Of a stretch of 64,000 nt of DNA, positions 14,112 to 28,344 are shown piece by piece. The notes beneath the pieces were generated by a model. It was not told the DNA's origin. It saw nothing but the letters and a program-made list of their open reading frames with translations, and did not search any database. Both the position numbers and the translations under genes were made by a program. Positions within the stretch are counted from its first letter, which is position 1. Every line of letters starts with the position of its first letter. The DNA comes from Paragordius varius (lineage: Eukaryota > Animalia > Nematomorpha), in assembly GCA_964247055.1 (NCBI GenBank), contig OZ176052.1, positions 12,090,001-12,154,000 of the forward strand, given 5' to 3'.

Positions 14112-15237
14112 CACCAGATGTATATAATACCAGTTTAACTAATATAAGATCTGAAAAAAACGCAACCGATTAATTTGACACAGACGCCATCTGGCCCATC
14201 AGACATCAGACGACACAGACAAAGAAGTTAAAACTGTCAAAAGCGAGCTCTCATGTACCTAAAAAACGAATACGGGATGCACTGCTTTTCTTATACATCA
14301 GAAGAAAAAGAATGTTAAAAGTCATTGTTTACTCGTAAAAAAATATGGTGTACATGCTCCATCGATTCAATTCTGTAACATGGTATAAATATTTAAATGA
14401 TTTTAATATGAAAGAGAGTAGGCATGGTAGATCACACAGCCGCGAAGACGAAGTGCAAGACTAATTGGATGATGACTCAGCTCAAACTTATTTCATAACG
14501 TGTATCACAACCAGTCGATGTATACAAGATGAATAATAAACTCAGGAAATACTGACCAGATAATTTCATATAGAAATTATAAAATCACCAATGGACTTGG
14601 GAAATCCTGTCACGCCACAAAAGCATATCATTCTGCATGGATTATGGAGGATGGTGAGAAGTGATTATTGTAAATTGAGAGAGAAATCCTAAGTTAAAAC
14701 CGGTCTATCAACATTAAAGTTAATTATTTCGGTAAAACAATGACTGTGTCGGGTGGACCGAAGCGCTGTTGGGCATTATAAACTTAAGAAGCACAGTAAA
14801 ACCGTTAATAGAAAACTCTATCTACAGAAAATGACTAATTAAATTAATCATTAAGGAAAACGACCAAAATGGGCCAGAAGACAGGACGATAGATTTTGCT
14901 ACATAACCATGCTTCGTCCCACATGTCAAAATCAGAAGACACCTTATAATCGCTTCGGGAAAATACTTTTGCATCCGCTGAACTCTCCTGACCTGAGAAT
15001 CACTAATCCCTCCTTGCATCATGGCATATTCTTGCAGAGAGCATCTTAATAATTTGGAAAACGTAAAAATGGCTTGACAGATGGTTTACCAAAAAAGCAT
15101 TTAGTTTCCTGTCATGGCATTCATAACTTAAGAGCTGGATAAATTTTTCTAGATGGACAACATCTCCAATAAAATAAATAATTGATTTCCGATTGTTTTT
15201 TAGGAAAAGCCGTTATTACATATGACTGCACCTGGTA
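14112..15237 (+). mobile_element. Mariner fossil, unit 2
   Basis: Collinear with 1784-2895 and ends ...GACTGCACCTGG|TA. Confidence 0.85.
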
Positions 15238-15645
15238 ATCAACGCTTGTGCTAGTGAAAATAATCTAAAGAATTAATTTATTTCACTCTAAAATAATTTT
15301 AAATTTACCAATTCCTTTAAATGTCAGAGAGAGACTTTTAAAACTTATATATTTTTAAATCAAACGGGTTTAACGAAAATTCCACATAATACAACATTGA
15401 ATGTATGTTGATCAAATATACATAGTTGGAAAATTTAACAATAAGAAATTTAGAAATAGATATTATACCACAGCCCAGTCTAAAAAACATTTTCAATGAA
15501 TCAAAATGTTTTCCTTATCGAAACATCTTCCCATCAATCTAAACTTATATCCAGTCAATCGAAACATTTTCCCACTTACTAAAAACATTTCTGCAATCAA
15601 TAAAAACGGTTTGGTTTTCATAGTAAATATTAAAACAAATTTTAA

Positions 15646-16180
15646 TATTTGGATACAACACATTCATTTCAGTCCTTAGATTCAAATTGAAGTAGTTGGA
15701 TACCTCAGGCTTGTTTAAAATATATTTCAAAAACTATGGAAGGAATTGAAAAGATGGCAAAAAGTTGACATTACGTAACATTAATGAACCGAAATAAAAA
15801 AAAAATCAAAAATATTTGATATCACATATTTTAGAATAAAACCCCAAAGTAAATTTTAGTCAACATGACTGATTAACCAAACTTAAAAATAAAAGATAAA
15901 CCACATTTTCGGCCTCTAACAATATTATAAGTGATTAATTTTAAAAATTAGCTTTACTTTTAGCTTTAAAATTAAATAAACACGATATTTTGCCAAAATC
16001 TTATTAAATAAAAATGGCGTCGAAGTAGTTTTATATGGGCCTTTTTTGAAACTAAATTTGTAATTTCCACTTTATATAATTTGTTTAGGATATAGTAAAT
16101 TTAAATGGGTGCCGATTTTTCTTTCCTTAGTCTAAAAATATCAACACAAATATAGTTTGGACTATTTGATAATAGAAGTG
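15646..16180. mobile_element. TTAA-inserting (piggyBac-like) MITE, unit 2
   Basis: Flanked by TTAA / TCAA, with ends TATTTGGATAC and ...GAAGTG. Unit 1 has the empty site TTTTAACCATAA at ~4868. Confidence 0.7.
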
Positions 16181-18526
16181 TCAACCATAATTTTTAATCA
16201 TGAGCAAACTAAATAGGATATTGTATTTTGCGAGCACAACTTTTTATTGCAGTTTTGCTTTTATTTAAAGTCCAATCTTGCAATCATAAAAGGATTTAGT
16301 CTTAATTATATTTTTTGATGTAATCCACATACACCTCAAATTTAACCTTAATATCATCTTCGATTTTAAACATGTCTAATTCCCGTTTAAATCTTTGAGA
16401 TTCAATTTAAAAATAATTTGGGTATATATAAACTAAATTCTCATATTGATTAATATTTTTTGGATAATCATAATTCATATTTATTTGGCCAGTGTGATAA
16501 TTTTTATTAAAAATCAAAACAAGCCATTTGTTATGAGGGATCTAACTTTATAAATTTTTTAAAAAATGTTAACTAGGGTAATGACGCAAAAATATAATCT
16601 ATGCCAAAAATAAATATAAGTTCAAGGTATAAGTTAATTTAGCTTAAAGTGAAATTCGACATATTAAAAATCGAATATGAAATGTTTGTGGTTAAATTTT
16701 ATGTGTAAATGGATTATACACGTAATATAAAAAATCATTTATGATAGCTCAAGTGTGGTTAGAATTAATAGCAACTGCTTAAAAAATGCTATTAAAAAGT
16801 AATTCCATTTTAGTAAGCTCACGATGAGTAAAAGTTATTTTGATATCATGTTTTAATATTCAAAAAACCAATCCTATTATTTGCAAATCGCTTAAATTAC
16901 TGGAGCGTTTCGATGGAAAAATGTTTTTAACCTGTCAAATGGTATATTATGTATTTTTGGCCTGCTTCACGGTTATTTATTACCAAATCGTTAGAAATGT
17001 TTTTGGCGTTAAAGAGTTAATACATTACGATCACGGTTCCTTTTCTCAAATTATAAAATTGTTTTTTTTTTAAAAAAATGAATTTTTCCAGTGATAACAA
17101 AGTTACTGATGGCAGCGTGTTGGACACATCTGTTTTAAGTATTTTCATCATGTGCTATTATAAATTATATCATAGATGAGTGAATGTATACCAATTTGTA
17201 GTAAATCGAAAATATTAAATAATTTTAATTTTTGCATAATTGGGAGCTTTTAAAATATTGTGCATACAGGTGGGTTTATCGAGACATGCACGTAAAATAT
17301 TCTGGACAAAAAAGCTAAATTTATCAAGTAATCAATAGAAGCGTTTGTAACACATTAGATCCGATCATATATAATCATATTAAACAATAATCGGATTCCT
17401 CCCAAGTACGCGTCTTCCCTTGGCAAAATTATTTCGACCTTACATGTTGTTGGCTTTTAATGTAAAATATTGGGACTTAATATTAATAATGACTTACGGG
17501 GGAAGAATGGCTAAATATGCGAGCGAAAAGAATGAGCCTTCTAGATTTCGTTAAAGATGAAAAAAAGCCTGCACGATTTTTAAATCGTCCAAAGACGCGA
17601 TATATTGACAATATATGTTTATGACACCTTTGGGCTTAAATTCAGAGGCTAATTTAAAAAGCTTAAATATCGGCGCAATTATGAGAAAAATTCCACTTTT
17701 ATATTTAAATGGTCCACGTTTTCCAGAAAAGTGTGTCATCTCACTGGGATCTATGCAATATTATTCTTTCAAATCATTTTATACTGGGATAAAATTACTA
17801 AAATACAGGTTATTCGATTTCTTCGGGTTTCGGACATCTGTTTAGATACAACCCCATATACGTTAAAAAAGTTTTGGTTTCGACAGATAATATTGATGGA
17901 TGTGTTTAAAGCGCCTAAAATCAAAGACAGTTTTATCAGTTACCCCAGTTATAGCAAAATCGAATGGTTATAATAATTAAGATTGTTTTTGAGATCGCAT
18001 TAATGAGTTTTAAATACAGGTTCTATTCTGCTAACCATTCTTTTTAAATCCTTTTCTTGTTTAAGAAAAAATCGTTTTAGCAATTTTTTATCTGCCCAAC
18101 CAAAAAATGATTATGAATTATAACTGAAATAGTCGGGTTAAAAATTACTTATTTCCAAATATAAGAAAAAACCTACAATAGCACATAAATTGCTTTTTTG
18201 GTCAAAATGATATTAATAAATATTTTTTAACGCATAATTTAACACATGTTAACGAATAAGTCAAAATATAACTCATTTTCATAAAATAAAAACCATTATA
18301 ATATAATCATGGCTACATTGATCAAAAAAGCAATAAGCGATTCTAAAAACTCTTAACCATGCCTAATAGGCTTATAAAAAACGCTCCCTCAAAACTTCCT
18401 ACTTTTTGATAAATGTTTAAAAATTTTAGGTTTTTCGACAAAGGACACCCAACAACACCAACAAGAGAAGTCACCAAAGAAGTCAAAATCTTTTTTTTCA
18501 TTCAAATCTAACTTTTTCTATCTTTA

Positions 18527-20100
18527 GGATGCAAAAAGAAGAGGATAGTCAAAACCCCACAATATACTAATTTATCAAAACACCCGTTAACCAATGATGA
18601 TAATCCAAGAACACAATTAAAACTCAAGAATGATGAGAAAGTTACATTCGAAAGTGATGTTGAAAGTATTTTTAATAACATTGATTGCATTTGGTTTAAT
18701 CTAATATTATAATTTCCTAATACTTACATAGATAGCGGAAATGATAAAGATATTATTCAAAAGGAATAGGGTATACGGTCAAAGAAAAAAGTTTTAAGAA
18801 TTCAAAAAACGACTCTTTACAAATTGTTGCATGAAAATGAAAAATAGTTTAGATAAATAAATCAGCTCGAATTCACCGCTGTCCATTAGCAAATTATAAA
18901 AATGAAAATGCTTTAAAAAACGAGCCTCAAAATACCAAATTAGACGTTAAAAAAGACGAAATCCTGCCTTTGTTACACAGTTATGAAAATGACAAGCCCC
19001 CTCAAGCCTATTACATAAATGAAAATGTATTGGAAAACAAATATGAAAATACCAAATTAGATTTGGACGTTGAAAAGATAATAAACATTGTTAATAAAAA
19101 TGAGACAAATGTATATTTTAATTTAGAACCAACAGATAACACATATCAAGCTAAAGAAAATGATTCCCAAACAATTTGTGAAAAATATCTTGGTGGCTTT
19201 AAAGAATGCTGAGATCAATTGAGTAGTATAGCTATAAAAGAGAAAAAACCGATAGGAATCGTCGATAAGGGCAATACATGTTATGCCAACAGTATAGTAC
19301 AAGCCCTTTACTCCACTGATTTCCTCGATGTGATCAAATCAGATAATCAATTAGAAATAGTTCTAAAAAAGATATTCAATGGTTTGAACAAGCATCAAGA
19401 CGTCGATGTTCCCGATCTGTTGAAGTCATTAAACAGTAAATTTGTTTTATTATATATAGATCGGAACCATAAAATAAATAAAAGCGCCATGGAGGATTGT
19501 TACTCAATTTGATAAACTCCCTTTCTGAAAAGAATGATTCCGTTGGAAAATTATGTATCATTACCTTTAAATTAACAAGTAAAAGGTTATTAATTATTAG
19601 TGAAATGCTGTTATTGCGATAACGTTCATACAAATTGGAGGAAAGTGTTGGGTTAAGTCTACCGATAGGTAAAAAAATATCAGTTTCCGATTGCTTATCT
19701 TCCTATTTTGAACCAGAACTATTGGAAGATTTTAACTGCTCAAAGTAATATATTTTATCTAAATAAAGCTACCCCAATGTGGGAGCTGTCACCAGACAAA
19801 CGGAATTGTTTGAAATGCCGACGATACTCATAATTCATTTGCAAAGGTTTGACATCAAGGGAAAGAAGGTCAATGAATTCGTTGAAGATAATTTGGAACT
19901 AAATATCCCAGCTCTGGGCTCTGAAATTTCTGCCAGTTTAATTGGAATATTGTCAGACGAAGGAGGATCGTCAAATATAGGTATTATGTCGCGTATTTTT
20001 TACGTAATAAATGGTTTCTATTTGACGATAAAAAGTCAAAAATAGAACAAGTAAAGAAGTGCGTAATGGTAGCAGTAAAGTTGTGCTTCTTTAATAAACG
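18527..20100 (+). pseudogene. USP (peptidase C19) pseudogene, unit 2, with 22-24-nt introns
   Basis: Cys box KPIGIVDKGNTCYANSIVQAL; KCCYCDN...EESVGLSLPI; ILIIHLQRFD; His-box region and WFLFDDKK. Candidate introns 19436-19459, 19579-19600 and 19745-19768. Stops and frameshifts are present. Confidence 0.88.
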
Positions 20101-20289
20101 ACTTCTTTCTTGTTCAATCATGCAACAAAAACATTAAAGGTTAATTTTAGACGTATCAATATTTGTTATAATGCTATTGTTATATTATATATGTATAAAA
20201 AGGTTTATTCTCCGATGGGTCAAGTCATGCTTTTCAAAGCCATCCTCCAAAATCTCCGAAAGCACGAAGAAAAACAAAATATATACCAT

Positions 20290-20328
<39 letters not shown>

Positions 20329-20329
<1 letters not shown>

Positions 20330-23207
20330 TGTGTGCAAAAGAGAGGGCCATTTTGAATTAACGAAAAAATTTTTTTCATGAGATAGCTTATGACCAGTGA
20401 ATTAATATGCCGCCAAAATAATTATTTGGTGACAACCTAGTTTTTGAAATATTGAGAGAAAATCGAAATCGGGCAAAAAGTAAAAATTAAGGATAATTTA
20501 GGATAACTCAAAAATGATAAAATTTGAGATATTATGGTTTATTATTATTTTAGGATATATTTTCAATATATAAATAGCCTAAAATCATATAGTTAGGTTT
20601 TCTATAAAATTTAAGCTCAAAAGATGGCTTTTTTCCTTTAACACACTCACATGACAATTTTTTTATAAAACCATAATAATATAATTTTTTTAGTTATTTA
20701 CTAGAATTCACTATTAACATCTTAACATCCATATTTTATTCAGTAAAAAGTAATATTTCAAAATATAACCAAAAAATATAGTTTTTTATTTTTACATTTT
20801 TTTGTCATCTGGTTTGTGAGTGTATAAAAAATTTATACTGTTTTATTTTGGAATCTTACATGAATGCGAATTTATGCACAATAGGATTTAAAATTAGTGG
20901 AATATCAACCAACAATCCGTACAAATCCCACAAATATTAATTTGTTATAAAACATACTTGTTACAGGGATTTGTAAGGATGGTTGGTTGATATTTTACTA
21001 CTTTTAAAGCCTATTTTGCAAAAATTATATATTTTATAATTCCCACTCATGTAAGTATCCAAAATAAAACAGTATAAATTTTTTTAAACTCTTAAAGCAG
21101 ATGACAAAAAATGCAAAAATTAAAAACAATTTTGCTTTATTTTGATATATAAGTAATTTTTACTGAATAAAATATGAATTTTAAGATTTTAAGAGTGATG
21201 GGTAGTAAATTAAAATATAATATTTTAATACAGTTTCATTAATTTTTTTTTTCTTTTAAGTGTGATAAACGAAAAACGCTATCTTTTGAGTTAAATTTTA
21301 AAACCCTAACTATATGATTTTATCCCAGGGCTTCTGTAACTATGGGTCGCAACCCCATTCGGGGTGGCGAGTGATAAAAATACAATTTAACAAAAAATGT
21401 TTTTAACTTGTAAAATTATTGTTATAAAGAAATAACAATCAAGATAAATATATCTAAAATCTTTTGGTTCGGAAAGACTGTTTTTACCAGCATTTCTATT
21501 ATGATTATTATAATGTATATATTTATAAAAATGGAAAATGCTGGGTTTGTGATCTGTTTCCGGAAAACCGATAGAACCATTCAAATCCAAATGTTAAAAA
21601 AATATAATCATTAATGGATGCTCCGACAATAGCTTCGCCCTTTTTTAGAATTGGGCTCCCAGTTCGGGCCCACCCCATTGTAAAAAACGGGTTTTTCGAA
21701 AACAGAAGTCCAGTAAAATCGTGCCCTTGAGACAATTTTCCGGAAAACGTGTTGGACCATTCTTTTTCAACTATGATTATTTTCACTTTTTTTCAATTCC
21801 ATCGAACCTAGTCTGCTTACTTTTTTAAATTAGGTTCTCTTTTTCCCCGTTCCCCCCGTAAAATGCCATTTCTTTCAAAAGAAAACTAAATAATTTTTTG
21901 CCCAGGGTATAAGACCGTTAAAGTTAACCGAGGATTCAAGTTATTCTCTGTTAAAAGGCAAAAATTTTAGTCTTGCGTTTAAATATTGGTTGCTGGGTAA
22001 ACAGATAGCCGCTAAAACTGCCCCACTATATAGAAATTGCGTTGATTCGGAGCTAATTTACAGAAAATTTATGAAGCCATATGAGCTTATAAAAGCTTAA
22101 AATATTACCCGTAATTAGGTAAAAATTAAGGTCGGGTTAATTTATTAGCCGTTAATTTAGGACCTTTATGCCCTAAAATGCCATCATATAACGATTGTTT
22201 AGTGTTGAGGTATTTTTTCGAATTACCCATGAGACGATGGTATCAAAAATCAGCGCTTTTTCCATATAGGTTTATGGGTAGGGGTATACCGGTTTAAAAC
22301 TGAGACGCCATACAAAATAGGCGTAGTTTTGGAGCTAATGTTCAAAAAACTTAAGAGGCCATAGGAGTTCAGTTAAACAAATATCTGTGGAATTTATATA
22401 ATAACATTCTTTCCTTTAAAAAGAGACCACAAATGATTTACTCTTTATATCCCTTGACAGCTGTGTGAACATAATTTCAAATTAGAACTTTTAACCATGA
22501 TTTCGTAAAACGAAATATTAAAATAAATTTAATGATAATGAAAACTTTAATAAGGGACAGATTAAATATGATCAATTTCGAGTACACAATATTTCAGCCC
22601 AAAAACCCGTAAAAGAATAATTAAAGAGATTCTTTTTATAAAATATGTTCATTATTATTTTTTATCTCCATTAACTCTATTTATTGCAAATTATTAAATA
22701 ATTACCGGTGAGACTACGCTTCACCGAAGCGTGACCGGGCCAGCTAGTATCTTGTAGAAATTTACTATAATGTTAAAATATATAAAAAATGTAGAATCTT
22801 TGTCAATCTCTTAAAACCGAAATAATCCTCATAAATATTATCCACAAAATTTTTAAGTTTTCGAAGAAACTATTATTTTAATTTTATATTTGTTGGGGTC
22901 GTTAAGAAACTCGCAATCATAAATGGGGTCGGGAACTAGAAAAGTTTAAGAAGCCCTGTTTTAGGCTATTTATATATTGTAAATATATCCTAAAATGTTA
23001 ATGAACCATAATATCTTAAATTTTATCCTATTTTTCGAATTATCCTTAATTATGCTTAATTTTCACTTTTTGCCCGATTTCGATTTTCTCTCAATATTTC
23101 AAAAACTAGGTTGTCAACAAATAAAAATTTTTGCGGCAAATGAATACGCTGGTTATAAGCTATCTCATGAAAAAAAAATTTTTTGTTAAAATTTTTTTTG
23201 CACACAG
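20329..23207. mobile_element. Fold-back MITE (~1.24 kb, almost wholly inverted repeat) inserted in a (TA)n tract and interrupted by hAT copy 2
   Basis: (TA)n CTGTGTGCAAAA ... TTTTGCACACAG (TA)n. Arms pair inward to a centre near 20940 (CAACCAACAATCCGTACAAATCCC / GGGATTTGTAAGGATGGTTGGTTG). The empty TA site is at ~7947-7972 in unit 1. Confidence 0.85.
21326..22958. mobile_element. hAT MITE plus Helitron composite, copy 2 (independent insertion site)
   Basis: TIRs CAGGGCTTCTGTAACT / AGTTTAAGAAGCCCTG; flanks TTTTATCC / TTTTAGGC; internal Helitron-like insert 21514-22747 ending CGCTTCACCGAAGCG...CAGCTAG|T. Confidence 0.88.
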
Positions 23208-23238
<31 letters not shown>

Positions 23239-24887
23239 GACTCTGTTTGCTTATGCAATAAATGGTTGTTTTTGTGGCTTTTAAATGAATTTAAACTTTG
23301 CATATTATTTTTATGATCGATGATTAATTATTTCTACGAAATATAGTCTTCTACATCATTTTCCTAAAGTATGATGACATCTTTACTGTATTGATAGTGA
23401 CTTATTTTAATGATTTTAAAATTATCTGCTCAGTTTTTTAAAAGACAAACAAGTGTATTGATTTTTTACACAATTTATGAGCTAAGTAATATTTGCTTTA
23501 ATCATCAATTCAACTGATTCAAACCAAAAAATTAAAAAATTTCCATGAAAATTTAATTTAAACTCGCTGTCATATAAGATACGGTCAGATCATATTGCAC
23601 ATTTTCGCCACGTATTTCTAATGCTTATCAATTTTTTTTCGACTCTAGAAGTTGTAATGATTCTTAGTTTTTACATTTTATTGGTTCCCATTATGGAAAA
23701 TTGCTTATTTAGCACAGAGCTTGATTGTTTTGTTTATCGAAATCATAGGATATGCTTAATGCTAATGTTATAAAGATGCATGTTTAACAATTAATGTATT
23801 GTTAAATAAGCATATTTAAATATCGATTATTTTGTATATTTAAATATTTAATTTATATTTTTATAAAAAATATATTCAAAAATAATATAATTTTACTATA
23901 TTTCTAAAAAAATTTACTAGGAATTTTTAAACAGATGCTTTTTAAATGACCATGCTCAAAAAATAAATAGTCACTGACCTGGTCATGACTTGTTAAACAC
24001 AACCCTATAAATAACAAATAAAATTTAGTTGGCCCGTTTTCTCGGTTTTATTTAATTTGTAGAGGGCGATTTTTTAATTTTGAATAGCAGAAAAATTAAG
24101 TAGCTTTTTCTCTAGATTGTGTACTGCTTTTATTTTTGATATTCATTATTCTGAAACATTGGCTTTTAAATTATCATCATTTTTGTCGCACAGTGTTATA
24201 AATACGAAAAGTAATATTAGAAGGTATATTTTTATTGATTGTATGATGTGTGTAAATTAAAATTTTCCCAATAATAAAACTCAAATGAGTTGGGTTTTGT
24301 TCACCTATAAGCTCCCAAAGCGTTGTAGTGTAAATGGCACTATCCGATTTTTTTAAAATGAAATTTTATTTAAAAAATTTTAAAAATAAATGTGTTGGAT
24401 GAAAACATTCCTGATTTGTATTATTTTAATATATTTATTTAATTTTATCAAAATATAAAGATTTTTTATGCACTGGTATTTAATATTTACACATCTCCAC
24501 TTTTATATCAGGCAATTATTTCCATCAAGTTAAAAACAATAGCTTCTTAAGTAATGTTTAGAATTATCTATGGGTGAAATTTGATGGATCTGAAATAATA
24601 TTATTTGTCGTTGTTTAAATTGGAAATTAAAATTAATGTTAAGTCAAATTTATTTATAGCGCAATTCAATAGCTTAACACATCTTCAAAGTTAGAATTGT
24701 TGGTCAATATATTTTATACAATTATTCATATTAATATTATTATTTCGTTATTTTTATTTTGCATTTATTAATTTGCGCATAGCATATAAACATTATATTA
24801 GTTTTTATATATTTTTTTAATATTTAGTTTAATAGGTATTGGGTTTTACGATAATTATTTTTTAATATTTCCCATGCCCATGCCTAT

Positions 24888-27792
24888 TCATTTGGCAGGG
24901 GCAAAGCCATTATTTCTATTTTTTGGTACTGAGGTTGGTTCTGCACTGCAACAATTCCAACAATTTGTCTCGTTATTTCTTTGAGTTGCTGCATTCAGGG
25001 CGGGTGAACGGTCACGCGGTGGTACTTGAGCAAATCTTGGGTTATTGACGTTTGAGGGCGGTGGTGCAAAGTTTGGCGGTAGCGGCATCGGCGGTTTCAA
25101 CGGTCTGGAAGGCGGTGGTGGTTTTTGAAAATTACTAGATGGAGAAAAAGCGGGAACCTCAAATGGGTTATTATTGTGTGCGGATGGTCCTTGTGCAAAA
25201 TTTGGCGGTAGCGGCATTGGTGGTTTCAACGGTCTTGATGGTGGTGGCGGATTTTGAAGACCAGTAGATGGGGAAAAAGCGGGAGCTCTAAATCTCGGCT
25301 GAGACAACGGTGGTCTAAACATTAGACCTTGACGAGGTGGAAGGAAAGGCGGTAGTGTATTAATTGGGGTGGCGGAAGTGGGTGGTTTACTCATTAATGA
25401 ACCTTGACGAGGGGGAAGTGGTGGCGGTGGGGTATGTGTTAATGTAGATGAATCTGTAAAATCACTCTCACTTTCATTCAAAACCGTTAAAAGCTTGTTC
25501 ATTCCCTTCTTACAATTTTGATAGGGGGTGGAAGATGATTCACTACTAGTTGCAAAGACTTTAGATTTTTCTTCTTTTGAGGAAATGTTTTTCTCCCTTT
25601 GCTTTTTACTTCCATTCTTGGGTTTAACGGCATCAGCGGTCTTAGATGGTCTTCGTTCTTTAAAGGAAACAAAAATTATTTTTAAACGATTATCATCAAT
25701 AATAATCCATCATTATAAATTATTAATTTTATCCATTCATATCATAATTTTTCAAAATACTAAGAATAATAAATTTCACCTTAACCACATATAACAACTA
25801 CCTTAAATTAAGGAAGTTTCAAAAATAAATTATCATTTCCAATTTCTCAAATAGTTTAAGTATCACTAAGAATTATATATCATTCATTAAGTTGTTTCCT
25901 AAGGTGAACAATTTCTAAAAAATGATATATTTGTATATATTATGTAACTTTTATTTTTGGGTTTTGAAGTGAGATCAGAGAGGGAATCCACATTTAGTCC
26001 GGTATGTTTTTTCAACAATCTCTTGGCGATTTGTTTTTCAATATTGCGCTTTCTACACCGTTCATAATTAAATGTCTCATATATGGATTGCAAGTTTTGC
26101 GAAACTTGTTGAGAATATTCCGCTAGCTGTTGGCAAATTTGGGCTTCTTGGCGTAAAACCTCCTCAAAATTAAGCGAAGTCAATTTATTTTTTGTATTTT
26201 GTGTGGATATAGCCGTTCCTTGTAATATACATGGGCCAGGTTTTGTCTGTTGCCAAGGCTCAAATGGACTAGGTCTGTAGATTGTCCAACTGTCATTTGG
26301 TTTATACTTAATTGGCGGTTTCTCCTCCTTTTGTCCCTCTAGGTATTCTTCATCTTCATTTCTGCATTCGTACGGATATTTATTGGGTGAATTAATTGCC
26401 GATTCATTACTGCGGTCTTGCACATAATTATCAAGCCACATACCGAGTAATGTCTGTATAGAAAGAAAGGGGAATGTTTGTTGCAACTTACTGATTTCTG
26501 GAGTATTCGACAATAAACTTGTATCTAAGACGTTTTGACTTCTTGTTTCTTTAAAGGCAGTATTTGAAGTAATTGGCGATTGTATCTGGCAAGTAATATT
26601 TTTAGTATTATTAGCGTAATGCGAATATGTGGATCGCTAAAATTAAAAAATTTGGGCTTATATTAGCAGATACGTTTAATGATTTATAGGGTTGCGGAAT
26701 CGATAACTAAATCGTTCCGGCTAACAAATCATTTTTGCTTTTTGTTTCCTTTATTAAAGCGGTATTATAAGTATATTGATTCTCTCTACCAATTATTTTT
26801 CTTATTAGCATTAGGGTAGTTTACGGATATTTTAATTTTGTTTTTTAAAGGATATGATATCACCCCAACTGTGTGGAAATTATTTGGCTATCAACCCTAA
26901 CCCTATAAATTATACGTAAATGTAAACATAAGCCCAAGTTTCTACTAAACTTTTATATAAATATGATTGATTATAAAAACATTTATGACGGTTTACATCC
27001 TGTAATTTCAGATGTGTAAGTTTCAACGACTCCTGGATGTGGTTTAATATTTGATAATGCTCATAGAAACTACTGCAATTAAAGGATTTTTTTGAAGTAA
27101 GAAATAAAATCTGTTCATTTTTTACAGCTGTTTGTAGAGTGTCTTTATTATAAATGTCAACTGAAACTATCGAGCTTACCAATAAATATGCAAAAAATGC
27201 ACCAATATTTTATTTAAAATCTAAAATAATGGATCAATAAATTAAAAATTATCATTGAAGTTAGTGAGCCATTATTGTTAGTGTGGTCTCTTTAAAATCG
27301 ACAAACAATACTACTACAAAATTGCTTTTAATAAAACCTTACAATCATAAACCGACGATAATTTTTAAGACAGAGAAAATCTTTTTCTATATTACCCATC
27401 AATATATTATTCAATTACTCGTTTGAAATATAAGTCCCCAATTATTTTTGCAACGAAAAGTATTTACATACCGGAGTGACGTGTGTAAATAGGCCAGTTT
27501 TAGAATCTAAATAGTTCATCATGTGAGCTTTGGTGTCTGGATACGTTTTAGGTGATTCATTGTTAATTGTATTACTTGTATCTTGATACTTGTTAGTTGG
27601 AGATGAATTGGTGGCGGTGGAGAGGGGTGGATGAAATGTACTCATTGTATTCTGTTGAAAGGGGGATGAAACATTTTCTGGGGATAAATTGAAAGTTTGG
27701 AAATTTGAATTTTCATCTAACTTAAATGGTACTAAGCAAGTACTGCATTGATCATAGGGTTTTTGGCAAGTTTTGCAAATTATGAAATTCAT
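24888..27792 (-). CDS. Orphan multi-exon proline-rich gene, copy 2
   Basis: ORFs 27442-27792, 26910-27182, 25899-26513 and 24888-25502; same donor and acceptor positions as copy 1; a candidate 37-nt intron near 26638-26674. Confidence 0.65.
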
Positions 27793-28344
27793 TAATGATC
27801 AATTAGATCCTTGTACTATTTATTGTAATTTGAAAATATTAATTGCAAAAATATACATTACTGAATAATTATAAGTATCATTGATTGTTAATACTAAACG
27901 TAGACATGATGCAATAGGCATATCAATTAAACGTCATTTGGATAAATAGAATTAATGATAAATATCTATATGTAAGGGGCTTTTTATTGTACATATGGTC
28001 AAATGTGATGAGATAGCTATTTGCTATGCTCAGCCATTTATTTCCCAAACATTCCAAGTTGTAACGTTTTTCGTCTGGAAATATAAAATATTATAAAATA
28101 TTAATCAATATAATACATTGAGGATTTGAATATAATTATTACCAGGAAATCAATGTATATTTGTGGGAACTATAATTATTCCTCTTTAAGTTATATTCCA
28201 TAAAAACAGTTTTTTTATTTTATTTTAGGGTTATAAGTATGTTTACATATGGATCAAATGTTTGTTATCTATATACAAGATAACATGGAATGCCTGAATT
28301 GCGATATTTAGATAGGATCAAAAAAATAACGCACATTCGATCCA

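Noticed and set aside
17820-17910. RVSDICLDTTPY as an O-GlcNAc transferase-like motif
   Set aside because: One short resemblance in a frame not preserved in the unit-1 copy; no other GT41 motifs.
20110-20379. ORFs with IYIYIY / YIYIYI runs
   Set aside because: Translations of a (TA)n microsatellite.
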